From Mobula hypostoma (lineage: Eukaryota), in assembly GCF_963921235.1 (NCBI RefSeq), contig NC_086115.1, positions 51,708,001-51,772,000 on the forward strand: 64,000 nt of DNA, read 5' to 3'. The translations under genes and the position numbers were made by a program. This document shows positions 12,727 through 26,749 of the stretch, piece after piece. Each line of letters opens with the position of its first letter. Within the stretch, counting starts at the first letter, position 1. The notes beneath the pieces are model-generated. The model did not search any database. It saw only the letters and a list, made by a program, of their open reading frames with translations, and was not told the origin of the DNA.

Positions 12727-12930
12727 GGTTTGTATGCTCTCCCTATGACTGCATGGGTTTCCTCCGGGGCGCTCCAGTTTCCTCCCACAGTCCAAAGACA
12801 CACTGGTTGGTAGGTTAATTGGTCACTGTAAATTGTACTGTGAATAGGTTTGGATTAAAATGGGGGATTGCTGGGCGGCGTGGCTCAAAGAGCCGGAAGG
12901 GCCTATTCCATGCTGTATCTCAATAAATAA
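12727..12930 (+). mobile_element. V-SINE body and tail
   Basis: tgcatgggtttcctccggggcgctccagtttcctcccacagtccaaagac core; CR1-like 3' end gggcctattccatgctgtatctcaataaataa. Confidence 0.8.
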
Positions 12931-13356
12931 ATATTATCATCACAGGTGTACAGCAGCTGAAGGAACTTCACTCGGGCTTAAGTTCAGTCGTCTATGAGAC
13001 GCAAAAGAATAATCAGACTGTTCATCACAGATCATGATCCAATGGCCCTTGCTTGAAAGTGAATATATGTTGACAAGAGGGATACATTAAGTCAACTTTA
13101 ATATCATCCATGGATGAACAGTCAATGTCAGCACCTTCCAATTACTCAACACGTCTTACTTTGGGATATAGCATCTCGAACTTCTTAGCAAATAAACCTC
13201 AAACTGGAAAAAAATTTCAGGGATTACAAAGACTGGGAAGAATGCAGGATTATGAGAAGTTGATGAAGCCAGAAGGTGAAACCATATGCTGCAAGCAACA
13301 GACATCAAAGTTGCTGGTGAACGCAGCAGGCCAGGCAGCATCTCTAGGAAGAGGTA

Positions 13357-13394
13357 CAGTCGACGTTTCAGGCCGAGACCCTTCGTCAGGATGA
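13357..13394 (-). ncRNA. Minimal type-I hammerhead ribozyme motif (PLE), stem I weakened
   Basis: Reverse complement: catc-CTGACGA-agggtctcggcct-GAAAC-GTC-gactg. Confidence 0.65.
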
Positions 13395-15239
13395 ACTGAA
13401 GGAAGAGTTAGTAAGAGATTTGAAAGTGGGAGGGGGAGGGGAGATCCAAAATGATAGGAGAAGACAGGAGGGGAGGGATGGAGTCAAGAGCTGGACAGTT
13501 GATTGGCAAAAGGGATATGAGAGGATCATGGGATAGGAGGCCCAGGGAGAAGGAAAAGGGGGAGGGGGGGAACCCAGAGGATGGGCAAGGGGTATGGTCA
13601 GAGGGAGAAAAAGGAGAGAGAGAGAAAGAATGTGTGTATATAAATAAATAACTGATCGGGTACGAGGGGGCGGTGGAGCATTAGCAGAAGTTAGAGAAGT
13701 CAATGTTCATGCCATCAGGTTGGAGGCTACCCAGACGGAATATAAGGTGTTGTTCCTCCAACCTGAGTGTGGCTTTATCTTTACAGTAGAGGAGGCCGTG
13801 GACAGACATGTCAGAATGGGAATGGGATGTGGAATTAAAATGTGTGGCCACTGGGAGATCCTGCTTTCTCTGGCGGACAGAGCGCAGGTGTTCAGCAAAG
13901 CGGTTTCCCAGTCTGCGTCGGGTCTCACCAATATATAGAAGGCCACATCGGGAGCACCGGACGCAGTATATCAACCCAGCCGACTCATGGGTGAAGTGTC
14001 GCCTCACCTGGAAGGACTGTCTGGGGCCCTGAATGGTGGTAAGGGAGGAAGTGTAAGGGCATGTGTAGCACTTGTTCCGCTTACAAGGATAAGTGCCAGG
14101 AGGGAGATCGGTGGGGAGGGATGGGGGGGGACGAATGGACAAGGGAGTCGCATAGGAAGCAATCCCTGTGGAAAGCAGGGGGGGGAGGGAAAATGGGCTT
14201 AGTGGTGGGATCCAGATGGACGTGGCAGAAGTTACGGAGAATAATATGTTGGACCCGAGGGCTGGTGGGGTGGTGGGTGAGGACCAGGGGAACCCTATTC
14301 CTAGTGGGGTGGCGGGAATAGGGTTCCCCTGGTCCTCACCTACCACCCCACCAGCCTCCGGGTCCAACATATTATTCTCCGTAACTTCCACCACCTCCAA
14401 CGGGATCCCACCGCTAAGCACATCTTTCCCTCCCCCCCCCCCCGCTTTCCACAGGGATCGCTCCCTACGCGACTCCCTTGTCCATTCGTCCCCTCCATCT
14501 CTCCCCACTGATCTCCCTCCTGGCACTTATCCTTGTAAGCGGAACAAGTGCTACACATGCCCTTACACTTCCTCCTTTACCACCATTCAGGGCCCCAGAC
14601 AGTCCTTCCAGGTGAGGCGACACTTCACCTGTGAGTCGGCTGGGGTGATATACTACGTCCGGTGCTCCCGATGTGGCCTTCTATATATTGGCGAGACCCG
14701 ACGCAGACTGGGAGACCGCTTTACTGAACACCTACGCTCTGTCCGCCAGAGAAAGCAGGAACTCCCAGTGGCCACACATTTTAATTCCACATCCCATTCC
14801 CATTCTGACATGTCTGTCCACGGCCTCCTCTACTGTAAAGATGAAGCCACACTCAGGCTGGAGGAACAACACCTTCCCAACACCTACCCAACGTCTGGGT
14901 AGCCTCCAACCTGATGGCACGAACATTGACTTCTCTAACTTCCGCTAATGCCCCACCTCCCGCTCGTACCCCATCCGTTATTTATTTTTATACACACATT
15001 CTTTCTCTCACTCTCCTTTTTTTCCCTCTGCACCTCTGACTATACCCCTTGCCCATCCTCTGGTTCCCCCCCCCTTGTCTTTCTCCCCAGACCTCCTGTC
15101 CCATGATCCTTTCATATCCCCTTTTCCAATCACCTGTCCAGCTCTTGGCTCCATCCCTCCCCCTCCTGTCTTCTCCTGTCATGTTGGATCTCCCCCTCCC
15201 CCTCCCACTTTCCAATCTCTTACTAACTCTTCCTTCAGT

Positions 15240-15277
15240 TAGTCCTGACGAAGAGTCTCGGCCTGAAACGTCGACTG
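15240..15277 (+). ncRNA. Minimal type-I hammerhead ribozyme motif (PLE), stem II mismatch
   Basis: tagtc-CTGACGA-agagtctcggcct-GAAAC-GTC-gactg. Confidence 0.65.
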
Positions 15278-15664
15278 TACCTCTTCCTAGAGATGCTGCC
15301 TGGCCTGCTGCGTTCACCAGCAACTTTGATGTGTGTTGCTTGAATTTCCAACATCTGCAGAATTCCTGTCATATGCTGCAAATTGATTTTGGAGGAAATT
15401 GCCAGAAAGAAAGAATGTGTGGCTGATTTTCATTTATATTGCTGGGGCAGAAATTTGCTGGAACGGGTTTTCCAGCGGAATCACAATCCACCTCATTTTT
15501 ATTTATGCTTCAGTTTGATCAATTTACTGACAAGTAGTGATGCAGAAAAGGGAGCAGAGATTACTGAGGGATGAACTGGACAACAGAGCAAGGGGGACTA
15601 GGAAATAATATTCTGTATTGAGGAGTTGGATGCTAGCCCTGCTTGACTGATGAGTTACATGCAA

Positions 15665-16400
15665 GAGGGTGGTGAGCCTATGAAATGAGCTATCATATGA
15701 AGTGGCCGAGGCAGATACCATAGTATCATTTAAGAAGCACTTAAGTACACTCAGTGGCCACATTATTATGTACAGGAGTGGTCTTCTGCTGTTGTAGCTC
15801 ATCCATCTCAAGGTTTGATGTGTTGTGTGTTCAGAGATGCTGTTCTGCACTACTGTTGTAATATGTGGTTATTTGAGTCACTGTTACATTCCTGTCAGGT
15901 TGAACCAGTCTGGCCACTCTCCGCTGATCTTTATCATTAACAAGGTGTCAGAACTACCTGCCACTCACTGGATTTTTTTTGTGTTGTTTTTGACACCATT
16001 CTACACAAACTCTAGAGACCGTTGTGTTTGTAAATCAGCAGTTTCTGATATACTCAAATCACAAGGTCTGGGACCAACAATCATTCCACGGTCACGGTCA
16101 CTTGAATCACATTTCTCCCCCATTCTGATGTTTGGTCTGAACTACAACTGAACCTTTTGATCATGTCTGTATACTTTTATGGATTGAGTCGCTGCCACAT
16201 GACAAGCTGATTATATATTTGCATTAACAAGACTGTATACAGGTGTGCCTAATAGAGTATATATGGAGGGGTGGGGATGGGTATGATTTGGGCCGAATGC
16301 AGAAAATCCAGACTAGATAGGTGAACAATGTGGTTAGCTGGAAATGGTTGGGCCAAAGGGCCGGTTTCCATGTTGTATTGCTCTGTGCCTCTATGGCTCT
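15665..16400 (+). mobile_element. CR1 3' fragment interrupted by a Tc1-derived non-autonomous element (~15748-16255)
   Basis: CR1 end (gagggtggtgagcct...atttaagaagcactt / gggccaaagggccggtttcc...ctctatggctct) split by an element starting tacactcagtggccac and ending with a gtgtgcctaata-type degenerate TIR. Confidence 0.65.
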
Positions 16401-18741
16401 GGCCTGCCAGTCCACGGGTAAGTACTGCAGAAGTGAGGTAACAAATACACCCACTGATTTCTGGATTAACCAAAATGATGGCTAATATGAAGTGGGAAAA
16501 GCAGTACAGAAAACATCAGCTTTCAAGTTGACAGTCCTGCATCAGATTTAATGACACTGTAGTAGAGATAGGCAGGCAATGAAGAGGCGGACCACTGATA
16601 CACTAGATCTGCAAATAAAGACAACATCTTAAGTAGGATGAACAACTTCAGTTGCATTCTTGTTTAAATTCCCACAAGCGGAAGAGCAATTGGTGGGTGC
16701 TGGTTCATATAAATCTCCATCTCAGGTTGCTGATACTGTTTGAAATCAGGGCTGGACAAAGGAAGTGATAGGGAAGAGGCATCAATAAAAATTATTTGAG
16801 TGAACCCAGTTCTCCTGATCCAAGTCCTAAAAGAATAAGATGAATATACAGTATCTGAAAAGGAGGCATTTGAGAGCAATGGACTCAACTTCACTAGGTT
16901 TGTTGTAATTCGGTAACTCATAGAACTTCTCTTTTATAATGGAAAAGCTTGCACCATCATTATCATCAATCTCATCTGATTGCTACTTTTGTGAAATGCT
17001 TCCCTTGCACTCTTGTATCAGTGAATTATTCATTGTCCTTTCAAGAGAATGTCATCCTCTCTGAAATTTTGGCTATTGTCATGCGGACGTGTTTTGAAGA
17101 GGTGATTAAGTATTTGGAAAAGCTAACAAATAATTTCAATCCAGCAATGATTGACATTTCTGAAGGTTTTTGGAAGGGGACCCAGATTTTGTGGAAACAT
17201 GGTTGCGAATTCTTTTTGGATTTATCGGTGTCATGCATAGTCAGAAAATGGAGGTTCAGAAACAGCAGACAAACGGTTAGACTTTAAGTTGTTGTACAGT
17301 GTGATTATTTATTTGTGTGATTTGGTGTAGATCATCTTCTTAATAGCCAATAGTCAATAATTCATCCAACATTTACTTCAATTTGTAACCTGTTTTACTC
17401 AAAAAAAATGTAAAAGCCTTTTGGATCCAAATTGCATCCAGGGCTTTGACACTAGGCCATTTTTTATGTGTGAGGACCACAGAACTGCCTTAACAGTACA
17501 GACAACTGATTCATCTATTGATGGTTGATGTTGAATAAAATGTGTTCTTTCTACGGACCCTTCTGCAAGAGCCCATTCCTTAGTGACTGAAAGCCTGACT
17601 TCTCAGGAGATTAGTCACTAAAAAAACATTTATTTCTGAACCAAGACCTCACACATTAACCTTTACGGATTTGCTCTTCTTTTGTTGTCTTTTCTCTGTC
17701 ACTGCCCGATATGGCAAATAGATCACAATGATCAATAGGATCACAATGACTGCACTAGACACAATTCACATCTGAAGATTTATCTCAACTCTACTCACCC
17801 AATTCCTTGGTTTTGCTACCATGAAAAATACTGATGTTTTGTTTCAATTTCCCCACTTTGCATTGTCTTTATTTTAATTCATGCAATAGATTTAATATTA
17901 TTTAATAGTTGATTCTAGCCTGTACTTTGGGTTCCAGCAGACTAATATTCTATTTACTGACATATTCTTTCAAGTTTAAGTTAGAGAATCAACTGGGAAC
18001 ATCAATACCTGTTTTCTACGTATATGGTTTGTAGTTTGTTATATCTACTCAGACATTTGACGCCAAATGTCAGTTATGGAACTGATTATTTCCATACATA
18101 AAAGATATTACTCTTGCTCACAAATCAGTCTGCAATGTGGATTCCTCTTACTTGACTGAATTCAGTAACCAAAGTAAACTGTATTTTCATAAATGCTCAA
18201 TAGGTAGCAAACAGAACTACTCACTTTGATTTGCATGATATGATGCAAAGGCAGTTAACTGTAACTGACTCAAAACAACTCTTTCTAAATAACCCGGTTG
18301 TTTGCAGACCAGTCTCTGCAAATGGGTTTAAACGGAAACTGAACTTCAGAGTATAAACCCTTAATTCTGTACATGATCATTCAAGAAAATTCTTTAATCA
18401 ACTAAAAACGGTTTTTCATTTTAAGCATATTTAATTTTTCTTGCACGAGGTGTATATAAACTACTGCAGAGCTATAATAGAAACAAAATGTGTTTTAAAC
18501 TTTTAATCTAATACAAAATATATAAATTTTAAAAAGAAATTTACTTATAAGATCAAAAATTGTGAGCAACATCAGGATTGATACTTTAAGAAAAGTGAAT
18601 GTTGTTTAATGAAAACAATATTTGAGATTATCCTCAATTATCATATTTCGGAAAGTAACAATTTAAAATTATGTTTTATTATCCGGGGTTCTTGTTTCTT
18701 AGAATCATAAATTCTCATATAATTTACAACATTCAAGCTTC

Positions 18742-20154
18742 AAGCTTCAAGATCGCTGCCATCGTGCCAGTGCTGAAGCATTCCACTGCCACGGGCCTGA
18801 ATGACTTCCGCCCAGTTGCACTCACCCCCATCATTGCAAAGTGCTTTGAGAGACTGGTTCTATCACATCTGAAATCCTGTCTGCCCTCTACCCTGGACAC
18901 CCACCAATTTGCCTATCGCACTAACAGGTCAACAGAGGACGCCATCTCCACAGCACTTCACTCTGCCCTGACCCACCTGGACAGCCCCAACTCTTACGTC
19001 AGAATGCTGTTCATTGACTTTAGTTCGGCGTTCAATACTGTGATCCCCTCCAAGCAGATCACCAAATTTCGCCAGCTTGGTATCAGCTCATCCCTCTGCA
19101 ATTGGACCTTGGACTTTCTGACTAACAGACCCCAATCAGTTAAGTTAGACAACCTCTCCTCCTCTATTCTCACCCTGAACACCGGCATGTCTCAAGACTG
19201 TGTGCTGAGCCCTCTTCTGTACTCCTTTTTCACCTATGACTGCGTTCCTATACATGGTTCTAACTCCATAATCAAGTTCGCAGACGACACCACGGTGGTT
19301 GATCTGATCAGAAGGGATGACGAGATGGCCTACAGGGACGAGGTCCAGCACCTGGCCGCATGGTGTGCGAACAACAACCTGGCCCTGAACACCCAAAAGA
19401 CCAAGGAGATCATTGTGGACTTCAGGCATGCTAGGAGCCACACTCACGTCCCCATCTACATCAACAGAACTGTAGTGGAGCATGTATCAAGCTTCAAATT
19501 CCTTGGTGTCCCCATTTCCGAGGATCTCACCTGGTCCCTGAACTCCTACATCCTGATCAAAAAGGCGCAACAGTGCCTTTATTTCCTGCGGAGCATCAAG
19601 AAAGCTCACCTCTGTCCCAGGATACTGACGGACTTTTACCGCTGTACCATTGAGAGCATACTCACCAACTGCATCTCAGTGTGGTGTGGCAATTGTCCCG
19701 TATCGGACCGCAAAGCACTCCAGCGTGTGGTGAAAACTGCCGAGTGGATTATTGGCACCCAATCGCCCACTATTGAGAACATCTACCATAACCGCTGCCT
19801 AGGCAAGGCGAAAAGCATTATCAAGGATACATCTCACCCTAACCATGGACTTTTTACTCTCCTCCCATCCGGTAGGTGCTACAGGAGTCTCCGTTCCCGC
19901 ACCAGCTGGCACAGGAAGAGCTTCTTTCCTGAGGCCGTGACCCTGCTGAACCTCACATCACAGCACTAAGCAGTATTGCACCCATATTGTACTGTCTCAG
20001 TACTTTTATATTTGTGTGCTGTAGCACTTACTTTTTATTGGCAGTTATTTTGTAAATAATACTATTCTTTGCATTTCTGGTTAGATGCTAACTGCATTTC
20101 ATTGGCTTTGTATCTGTACTCGGCACAATGACAATAAAGTTGAATTTAATCTAA
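18742..20154 (+). mobile_element. Rex1/Babar LINE, 5' truncated, RT frame open
   Basis: ORF to 19969: LNDFRPVALTPIIAKCFERLV, QFAYR, LFIDFSSAFNT, KFADDTT, LNTQKTKE, FYRCTIESILT; 3' tail aataaagttgaatttaatctaa. Confidence 0.92.
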
Positions 20155-20909
20155 CAAGAATTGCACATGTCCAATATGAAATTCTGGTCTTTGTTTCTAT
20201 CAGTAATAACATAAATTTAAAATACTGCCTCTTTAAATATAGGTGATCCTGCAATTTTAGTCTACATTATGTAGGAACCTTTCCCTTCATCACATCCTAT
20301 TCTCAGGTACGTAATTAATTTAGGTAAAACATGGGAATAACTTACTTAATTACATAATTTACAACATTACCTTTAGCATTTTATATTTCCAGCACCCATT
20401 GGACTTAATCCTTTTTTGAGTTTTGCCTCCACTTTCTGTGGTAAATAACCCACTCCACGCTTTTCAGAAAAGTCTAAAGACTTTCTACAGCAACTTTCCT
20501 TGCCAATACATCAATTTTTCTATTTCCTTTCCATCTTGTCTCTCTTTCAGTCTAATCCATCACCTTGCAAAAGAAATATTCACCGTCCCCATCACTGTTC
20601 CTGACTACTTGAAGCACTATTTTGTCCACTGATTATAACCCTTACTGTTCGCACTCTATCAATTGGACCCTTTGCCTTAGTATTGCCCACAAAATGTGAG
20701 GCCCCTGTATCCATCAAGGATTCAGCTTTCTTTCCTCTGCTATTAATTCCACAATCAATTGTCTGTAATTATCAAACCTGAGTATGATAGTGAGCTGTTA
20801 GAGTCTGGCATTGTTTATAGGGCACAGACAGTTCTAGTTTGGATACAACTCCATCTGCTGCCTTGGTTAATTGAATTTATCTCCAGCCTTATTTATCTTC
20901 TGCTTCCAA

Positions 20910-21634
20910 TAAGATGGTGGCACACTTGAACACAGCAGTTTCTACAGGATCAACCAAAGAAGTTATTGTCTTTTTTAAACACATTTGTTATGATCACAAG
21001 ACCCTGCTGGTCATTAAGAATTTAAAGTACTGCTGGCCTACCTCATCAGCAAGTTGCTCTTTGGTGGAGAAACTGAAGGAGCAGGACTTGGTGCAGATCC
21101 TGGTACTATCTGCGTTAGAGAAGCGTTGATAAGCGAAGGCGGTGTGCAGTCTAACGGCGAGTGATTGTCTCAGTCTCTTTTCTTGTGATCACAAGACCCC
21201 GCAGGACATTGGTAATGCGGGATGCTGCAAGTCTGTTTTATTGGTGGACGGCGAGGGAGCTGCACGGCCTTAGTCGTAATGCAGACTAGGCCTCAAACCG
21301 CAGTGTTGCCTGTTTGCATCAGCCCAGAAGAGAGGCATCCGAGTTAGTGCATTTCGATGGAGTGCTGGAGGCAGTGTGGCGTGGCATGCAGTGTTCACTG
21401 GGCAGAAGACAAGATGTATTGCATTCTGTAGTTGTAGACTGCTACAACATTCATGGAGTCGGGGACATGGACTATATTTTTTTGTGTGTGACTATATTTT
21501 ACTGCTGTCTTGTACATGCTAAGAGTGCCTTGTGATGTAATTGATTGTTGGTATTCTGTTTTGCACCTTGGCTTGTTTCCTTTCATTGTATTCACGAGTG
21601 ATCATGTACGATTGAAAAACAATTGAACTTGAAC
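20910..21634 (+). mobile_element. Non-autonomous LINE-derived repeat
   Basis: Starts aagatggtggc, carries an internal repeat gatcacaagaccc, and ends in a (TTGAAC)n tail. Confidence 0.5.
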
Positions 21635-22202
21635 TCTCCAAGACATCAGCCAGTCAGACTTTATGATCCTGGTATTCCATTAATTTCTAGGACTTGCCTC
21701 CTTCATATTACTGCTACTGCCTCCACCCTGTTTAAGAGTCTGGAAATGTTCAGGATTTCATTTCCTATACTTTTTCATTCTTCCCTGTGTCTATCTAGTC
21801 ACTATTCTGAAAGTTTGTCATTCCAAAATTTAATCACTGGGGTCATCTAAATGAAATACTGCCATAGTTATATTAACTGTGGGCTCCTTGTGATCTATGA
21901 AAGCTATCAATCATTGTTGAAAACTATCTCCTATCAAATGAATCAAAACTACCCCTCCTCCTTGCTACCATCTGTGCTTCTTTGTCCCCGGAATAACTTG
22001 TGCATGATCTGTGATGAACCACCTCTTCTGTATCCGCAAATAGACACTTGGTATTGTCCCAAGTAATTTGTGGAGCAGTATACTTGGTGCCTTCGGGTAG
22101 CTCAGCCAGGACCTCTCAAATTTTCTCGGATTAATTAAAACTCTGCATCACAGTCATCAATACTAAATACAAGGGGTGTCCTTCCACACTAAAACTTTGA
22201 CA

Positions 22203-22850
22203 AAATTCTATTGATGTTCTATAGATGTGTAATGGAGAGTATATTGACTGGTTGCATCACAGCTTGGTATGGAAACACCAATGGCTTTGAATGGAAAATC
22301 ATACAAAAAGTAGGGAATATGGCCCAGACCTTCATGGGTAAAGTCCTCCTCACCACTGAGCACATCTACATGAAATGCTGTCACAGGAAAGCAGCATCCA
22401 TGATCAGAAACCACCCACCACCCAGGTAATGTTCTCTTCTCGCTGCTGCCATCAGGAAGAAAGTACATGAGACTTAGGACTCACACCACCATATTCAGGA
22501 ACAGTTAATACTCCTCAACCATCAGGCCCTTGAACCAAAGGGGATAACATCACTCAACTTCACTTGCTCCATCATTGAAATGTTCCCCACAACCTGTGGA
22601 CTCACTTACAAGGACTCTTCATCTCATGTTCTTGATATTTATTGCTTATTTATTTATATTTGTGTTTCTTCTTTTTGGATTTACACAGTCTGCATCTGGT
22701 TGAAAGCTCTAGCTTGGCGTTGTCCATTCATTTAGTTATAGTTACTATTTTATCGATTTGTTGAGTATGCCCACAAGAAAATGAATCTCAGGGTTATATA
22801 TGGTAACATATATGTACGATAATAAATGTACTTTGTAATTTGTACTTTGT
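22203..22850 (+). mobile_element. Rex1/Babar 3' fragment
   Basis: FYRCVMESILTGCITAWYGN; LLPSGRKY; 3' UTR shared with the 33500-33960 and 60500-60950 copies. Confidence 0.85.
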
Positions 22851-25059
22851 ATGTCTTCTCTCCTTCCAAACTTTCATAAATCCCTCACTGCTTTCTTCAA
22901 GGCAGAATGAGCTTTCTTGTAATCTAACACTGCTGCTTTTCCTTTGCCCTCTACAATCATTCCCTCCACCTTCTACGGCTTTCTCCTTGCCTTCCTCCAT
23001 CTAATACATTCATTTTCTTCTCAATTCCAGCCAAAACACCACCCTTGCATAAACTTCTCTCTGATGTCAGAGCTGATGTCATTCAGTCTCTGCTATGCTG
23101 AACAAAGACAATCTGTTTCAAATTCCTGTGTTGCTCTCGCAGTGCCTTTAGGTCATTGCACTCCTGAGATATCCAACTATTTCTTCCTTAAGCCCTTCTC
23201 CATTTCTTGCAGTCATCCATGTATATGTTGCAAACCAAATACCTGTCCTTCAAAGTAGAAGCACCGCCTCCTTACTCTTTTTCTTGGCATCTTTCTACTC
23301 CATTTGAGTCTCTAGCAATGTTTACATCAGTCTTGGCATTATCACATCCCCTTCCTTCAACACTTTATCCTTTCCCGAACCTTCTTCCATACTGCTGATG
23401 TTCCCTTGATAACTATTGCAATTTCTGCCATAATGTTAACAACTCAGTTTTTATCCACTTAAATTCTCTTAGCAATTTAACTTCCTCCCATTCATCAGCT
23501 ATTTTATGGGACCATAAGTAACCACCATGATTTCAGCCCATCCCCTTTTCAATTGTAATGTCTTATGCAGCTATTGCATTATTCTATATTTAATTTTCTC
23601 TGTACTGAGTGCCAATCAACCTAATAGATTGGCAATCCTCAGCCCTCAACCCCACCCTAATATCACAATTTCTGATTGATCTTGTCCACATTTACTTGGC
23701 AAGTTGCTAAAGTTCACACGTACCCCTTTTCCTGGAACGAAATTACACTCACAAGAACTAATCTGACACAATCACTCAATGTCATTTTTAATTATTATAT
23801 CTTTATATTATCTTGCCTTTTTCATGTAAATTTTTAAAATGACTCTTTCTGGTTCCTGTGTCAGTACATTAGCACACTGTCCTCTTGAGGAAATTTATTT
23901 GCTAATTTGATTATTATTGTACAAAGGTATTTTGATGGGAAAGATTTTGCATTTATCAGAGTTGGAAAAGGTCAGTGAAGAGACTTCAGTACAGCGATAA
24001 TTTCCAAATGCTTTGGGGATGAATCAGACTTTGTAGAACCATGGTTTTCATTACTTTGTAAATTTGTGAATCTTGTGAATAGCCAGACTATAATAGCTCA
24101 ACAAATCAGTTTTAAACACACATTATTGTGTGGTCTGATTAACCTAGTTATTTCCTTGGGTTAGCGTAAAGTCCATCTTGTTTTGCAGCTGTATGAATAG
24201 TTCCTCTGGGACTTTCTTCAGTTCAGAGCCTATTTTAAAAGTTCATTTAAAAGCTCTTTTGTTCCCTGTGGCATGCTGCAATATGAAACTTAATCAATTT
24301 TTATGCACAAAGGACACAAAACTAGTTGTACAATACAGCTGCCTAATCTCTTCAAAAGTGGTTTATTTTACATTAAATGTCTCTTGCTACAGGAGTGGCC
24401 ACTGGAATTGGGAGGAGGTATTAAAAAAAATGGAAGGAAGAAACATCATGGCAGCTCAAGGAACTTCCCAGGGCTCCAAAAGCTGCCGTGTTTGGCAATA
24501 TGGCTCAAGTTGGTGAATTCCCTTTAATTTCTTGGAATAACCATGTCCAACATCCTTGTATCAATTGCAAACATAGCTCCTAAACTTCATCCATTCACTC
24601 ATTATGGTCTTGCACTTTATCACTTACCTATTCTGGCCCATCTCGGAAGCTTTTACACTTTATTCTGCATTGTTATTGTTTCAGCTTATTGCAGCTCAAT
24701 GCACTGTATAATGATTTGATCTGTGCAAACAATATGCAAGACCAACTTTTCACTGTATCTTGGTAACTGTGACAATAATAAACCAATACCAATACCATTC
24801 TATATCATTGATATAACATCTGACTCTGCAGAACCACATGATAAACAACCCTCCAGTTTAACCATTAATATTTGCATCCTATCACTGTTACTTTGGCTCT
24901 GTCTTGCCACTACATTCCATGTATTCTCTTTTTCCAATCAATCTATCACATTAAATGCCTGGCTAATGTCCAAATAGATTTCATTAAATATCTATTCTCA
25001 TCAGCATTCTTTGTACTGTCTCAAAAAGTACACTTAAGACATCTGGGTACCTTCCAACA

Positions 25060-25420
25060 GGATGGTATGAGTACCGATTTCTCCTTCTGGAGAACAACAT
25101 TCCTCCCCTCCCACCCCCACCACTCCATTCTCAACTCTTAAAATTTTAACTTCTTCTTACCTGCCTATTACTTTCCCCTGGGTTCCTTCCTCCTTCCCTT
25201 TCTCCTACGGTCCACTCTCCTCGCCTCAAAGATTTTTTTCTTCTCTAACCACCTGGCTTCGCCTATCACCTTGCAGCCAACCCCCACCTCTCAGTTCTGA
25301 AGAAGGATCTTGGCCCAAAACATCGACTGTTTACTCACTTCCATAGATGCTGCCTGTCCTGCTGAGTTCCTATCACATTTTGTGTGTGTTGCTTTGGATT
25401 TCTGCAGACTTTCATGTGTT
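25060..25420 (+). mobile_element. PLE 3' fragment, degenerate
   Basis: ctgggtaccttccaacaggatggtatga (LGTFQQDGM); degenerate hammerhead ctgaagaaggatcttggcccaaaacatcgact; tail ctgctgagttcc...gtgtgttgc. Confidence 0.75.
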
Positions 25421-26749
25421 TATAATCAAGATAACCAAAAGTGACCTTTTGTTTATAATTCTATTCTGTACTCTACTAAAGGTTGATTTACGTTGTCTCT
25501 TGGATATTTTTACACTTATTAGCCTTCAATAAATATTCACCTGCTGGGCCTATAGTTACATCATCCATCTCTTTCTCCCTTTTCAACAATGTTACCACAT
25601 CACTAACCTTCCAGTCCCGGAACTTTGAATAACATCGATAAATAAAACTTAGATTTCTAATTTGAAATATCGGTCTTTTTAGCAAGATTTCCAATTTAAT
25701 TGCTAGGTATTTTTAATGAACTCCATTTATGACATGGAGATAATCCTTTGACTGTGTCCAGAGTCAGAGATACACAACTTAGAGGAGTTGCCTTTAGGAA
25801 TTAAGCGGTCAATAACTATCGAGTTATTTATCATACACAGTCAACACAAACCTATTACAAATAAAGGGCTTGTGCCAAGATTGGAACTAGAAGAATGCTT
25901 ATCTCATTTCTAGACATGCCTGGATATTCTCATTTCCGGATCCTTCATTTCTTAGTCTCAAGTATGATTAAATGGAAAATTGCAATTTATTATTGTTGGA
26001 TATTATTGAATCTAACAATGAATCTATCTCTAATATTTGCATTATTGCACTAGATCCTTTGCCATTTGGATTATTGATCAAAATGTATTCAATCAAGTGG
26101 TCTTACTCAATAAATTAATCATTATTTTGTCATGGACTTCAACATGGCAGTAGACTGCCTAAACTAAAATCTGTGGCTTACTTACTGAATATTACTGTGA
26201 AATGTCTACATGTATGTACTTAACTAACATATAATATGCACAGTTCTGATGTGTCAAATTTTTATCAAGTGATATGAATATGTGAAAGACAATTATCACA
26301 ACAGAAACAAAGACATATACTGCAATATATACAATATCCTGACAGCTTTTTAAAAATGTTTAATACTTCAATTTACACATTAATTTTAAAATTAATATGG
26401 ACAGTGATAGTAATATGCATTGTGTTAATATTGCAAAGAAGTTTCTTTTTCAATTCCAATTGACATATTACAATGGCAAATTTATTAAAAAAACACAATA
26501 CCCTTTTGTAGATTTACATTTCAGTTGTCAGTTTGAAAAGTGAGCTCCAGCCAAAGCCAAATATTATTCACACAATCTGGCATTCAGAAGTATTCAAACA
26601 GCATTTGGTTAATGCGCTTATCTAAATTCTGTTAGCATTTCGAAACCATGTGGATAATGCTGACACGATTTCCATGAACTGTTAAAAAAATCTCAACCAG
26701 CTTCTACAGGCAATAACAGAGCAAATGCCAAGTTTATTATTTTGTGTAT

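Larger units (their letters stand above)
13295..15369. mobile_element. Head-to-head inverted pair of PLE 3' halves (2.07-kb palindrome) encoding GIY-YIG endonuclease
   Basis: Arms 13295-14301 (-) and 14315-15369 (+) with a 13-nt spacer. Both encode CKRNKCYTC...G(L/V)IY.VRCSRCGLLYIGETRRRLG.RF.EH...VATHFN. Duplicated catatgctgcaa at 13283-13294 and 15370-15381. Confidence 0.93.

Noticed and set aside
13681-14902. 281-aa (-) and 244-aa (+) ORFs as novel genes
   Set aside because: They are artefacts of the palindrome: antisense PLE sequence fused to the GIY-YIG region, with no RT and non-ATG starts.
16664-17287. Short ORFs in unique sequence as host exons
   Set aside because: No recognisable domain; lengths are expected by chance.
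18671-18741. N-terminal extension of the 432-aa ORF
   Set aside because: AT-rich flank that happens to be in frame with a 5'-truncated Rex1 RT; not a real start.
24393-24512. Exon-like segment (ctacag|...|gtgaat)
   Set aside because: Weak donor and no recognisable peptide in any frame.
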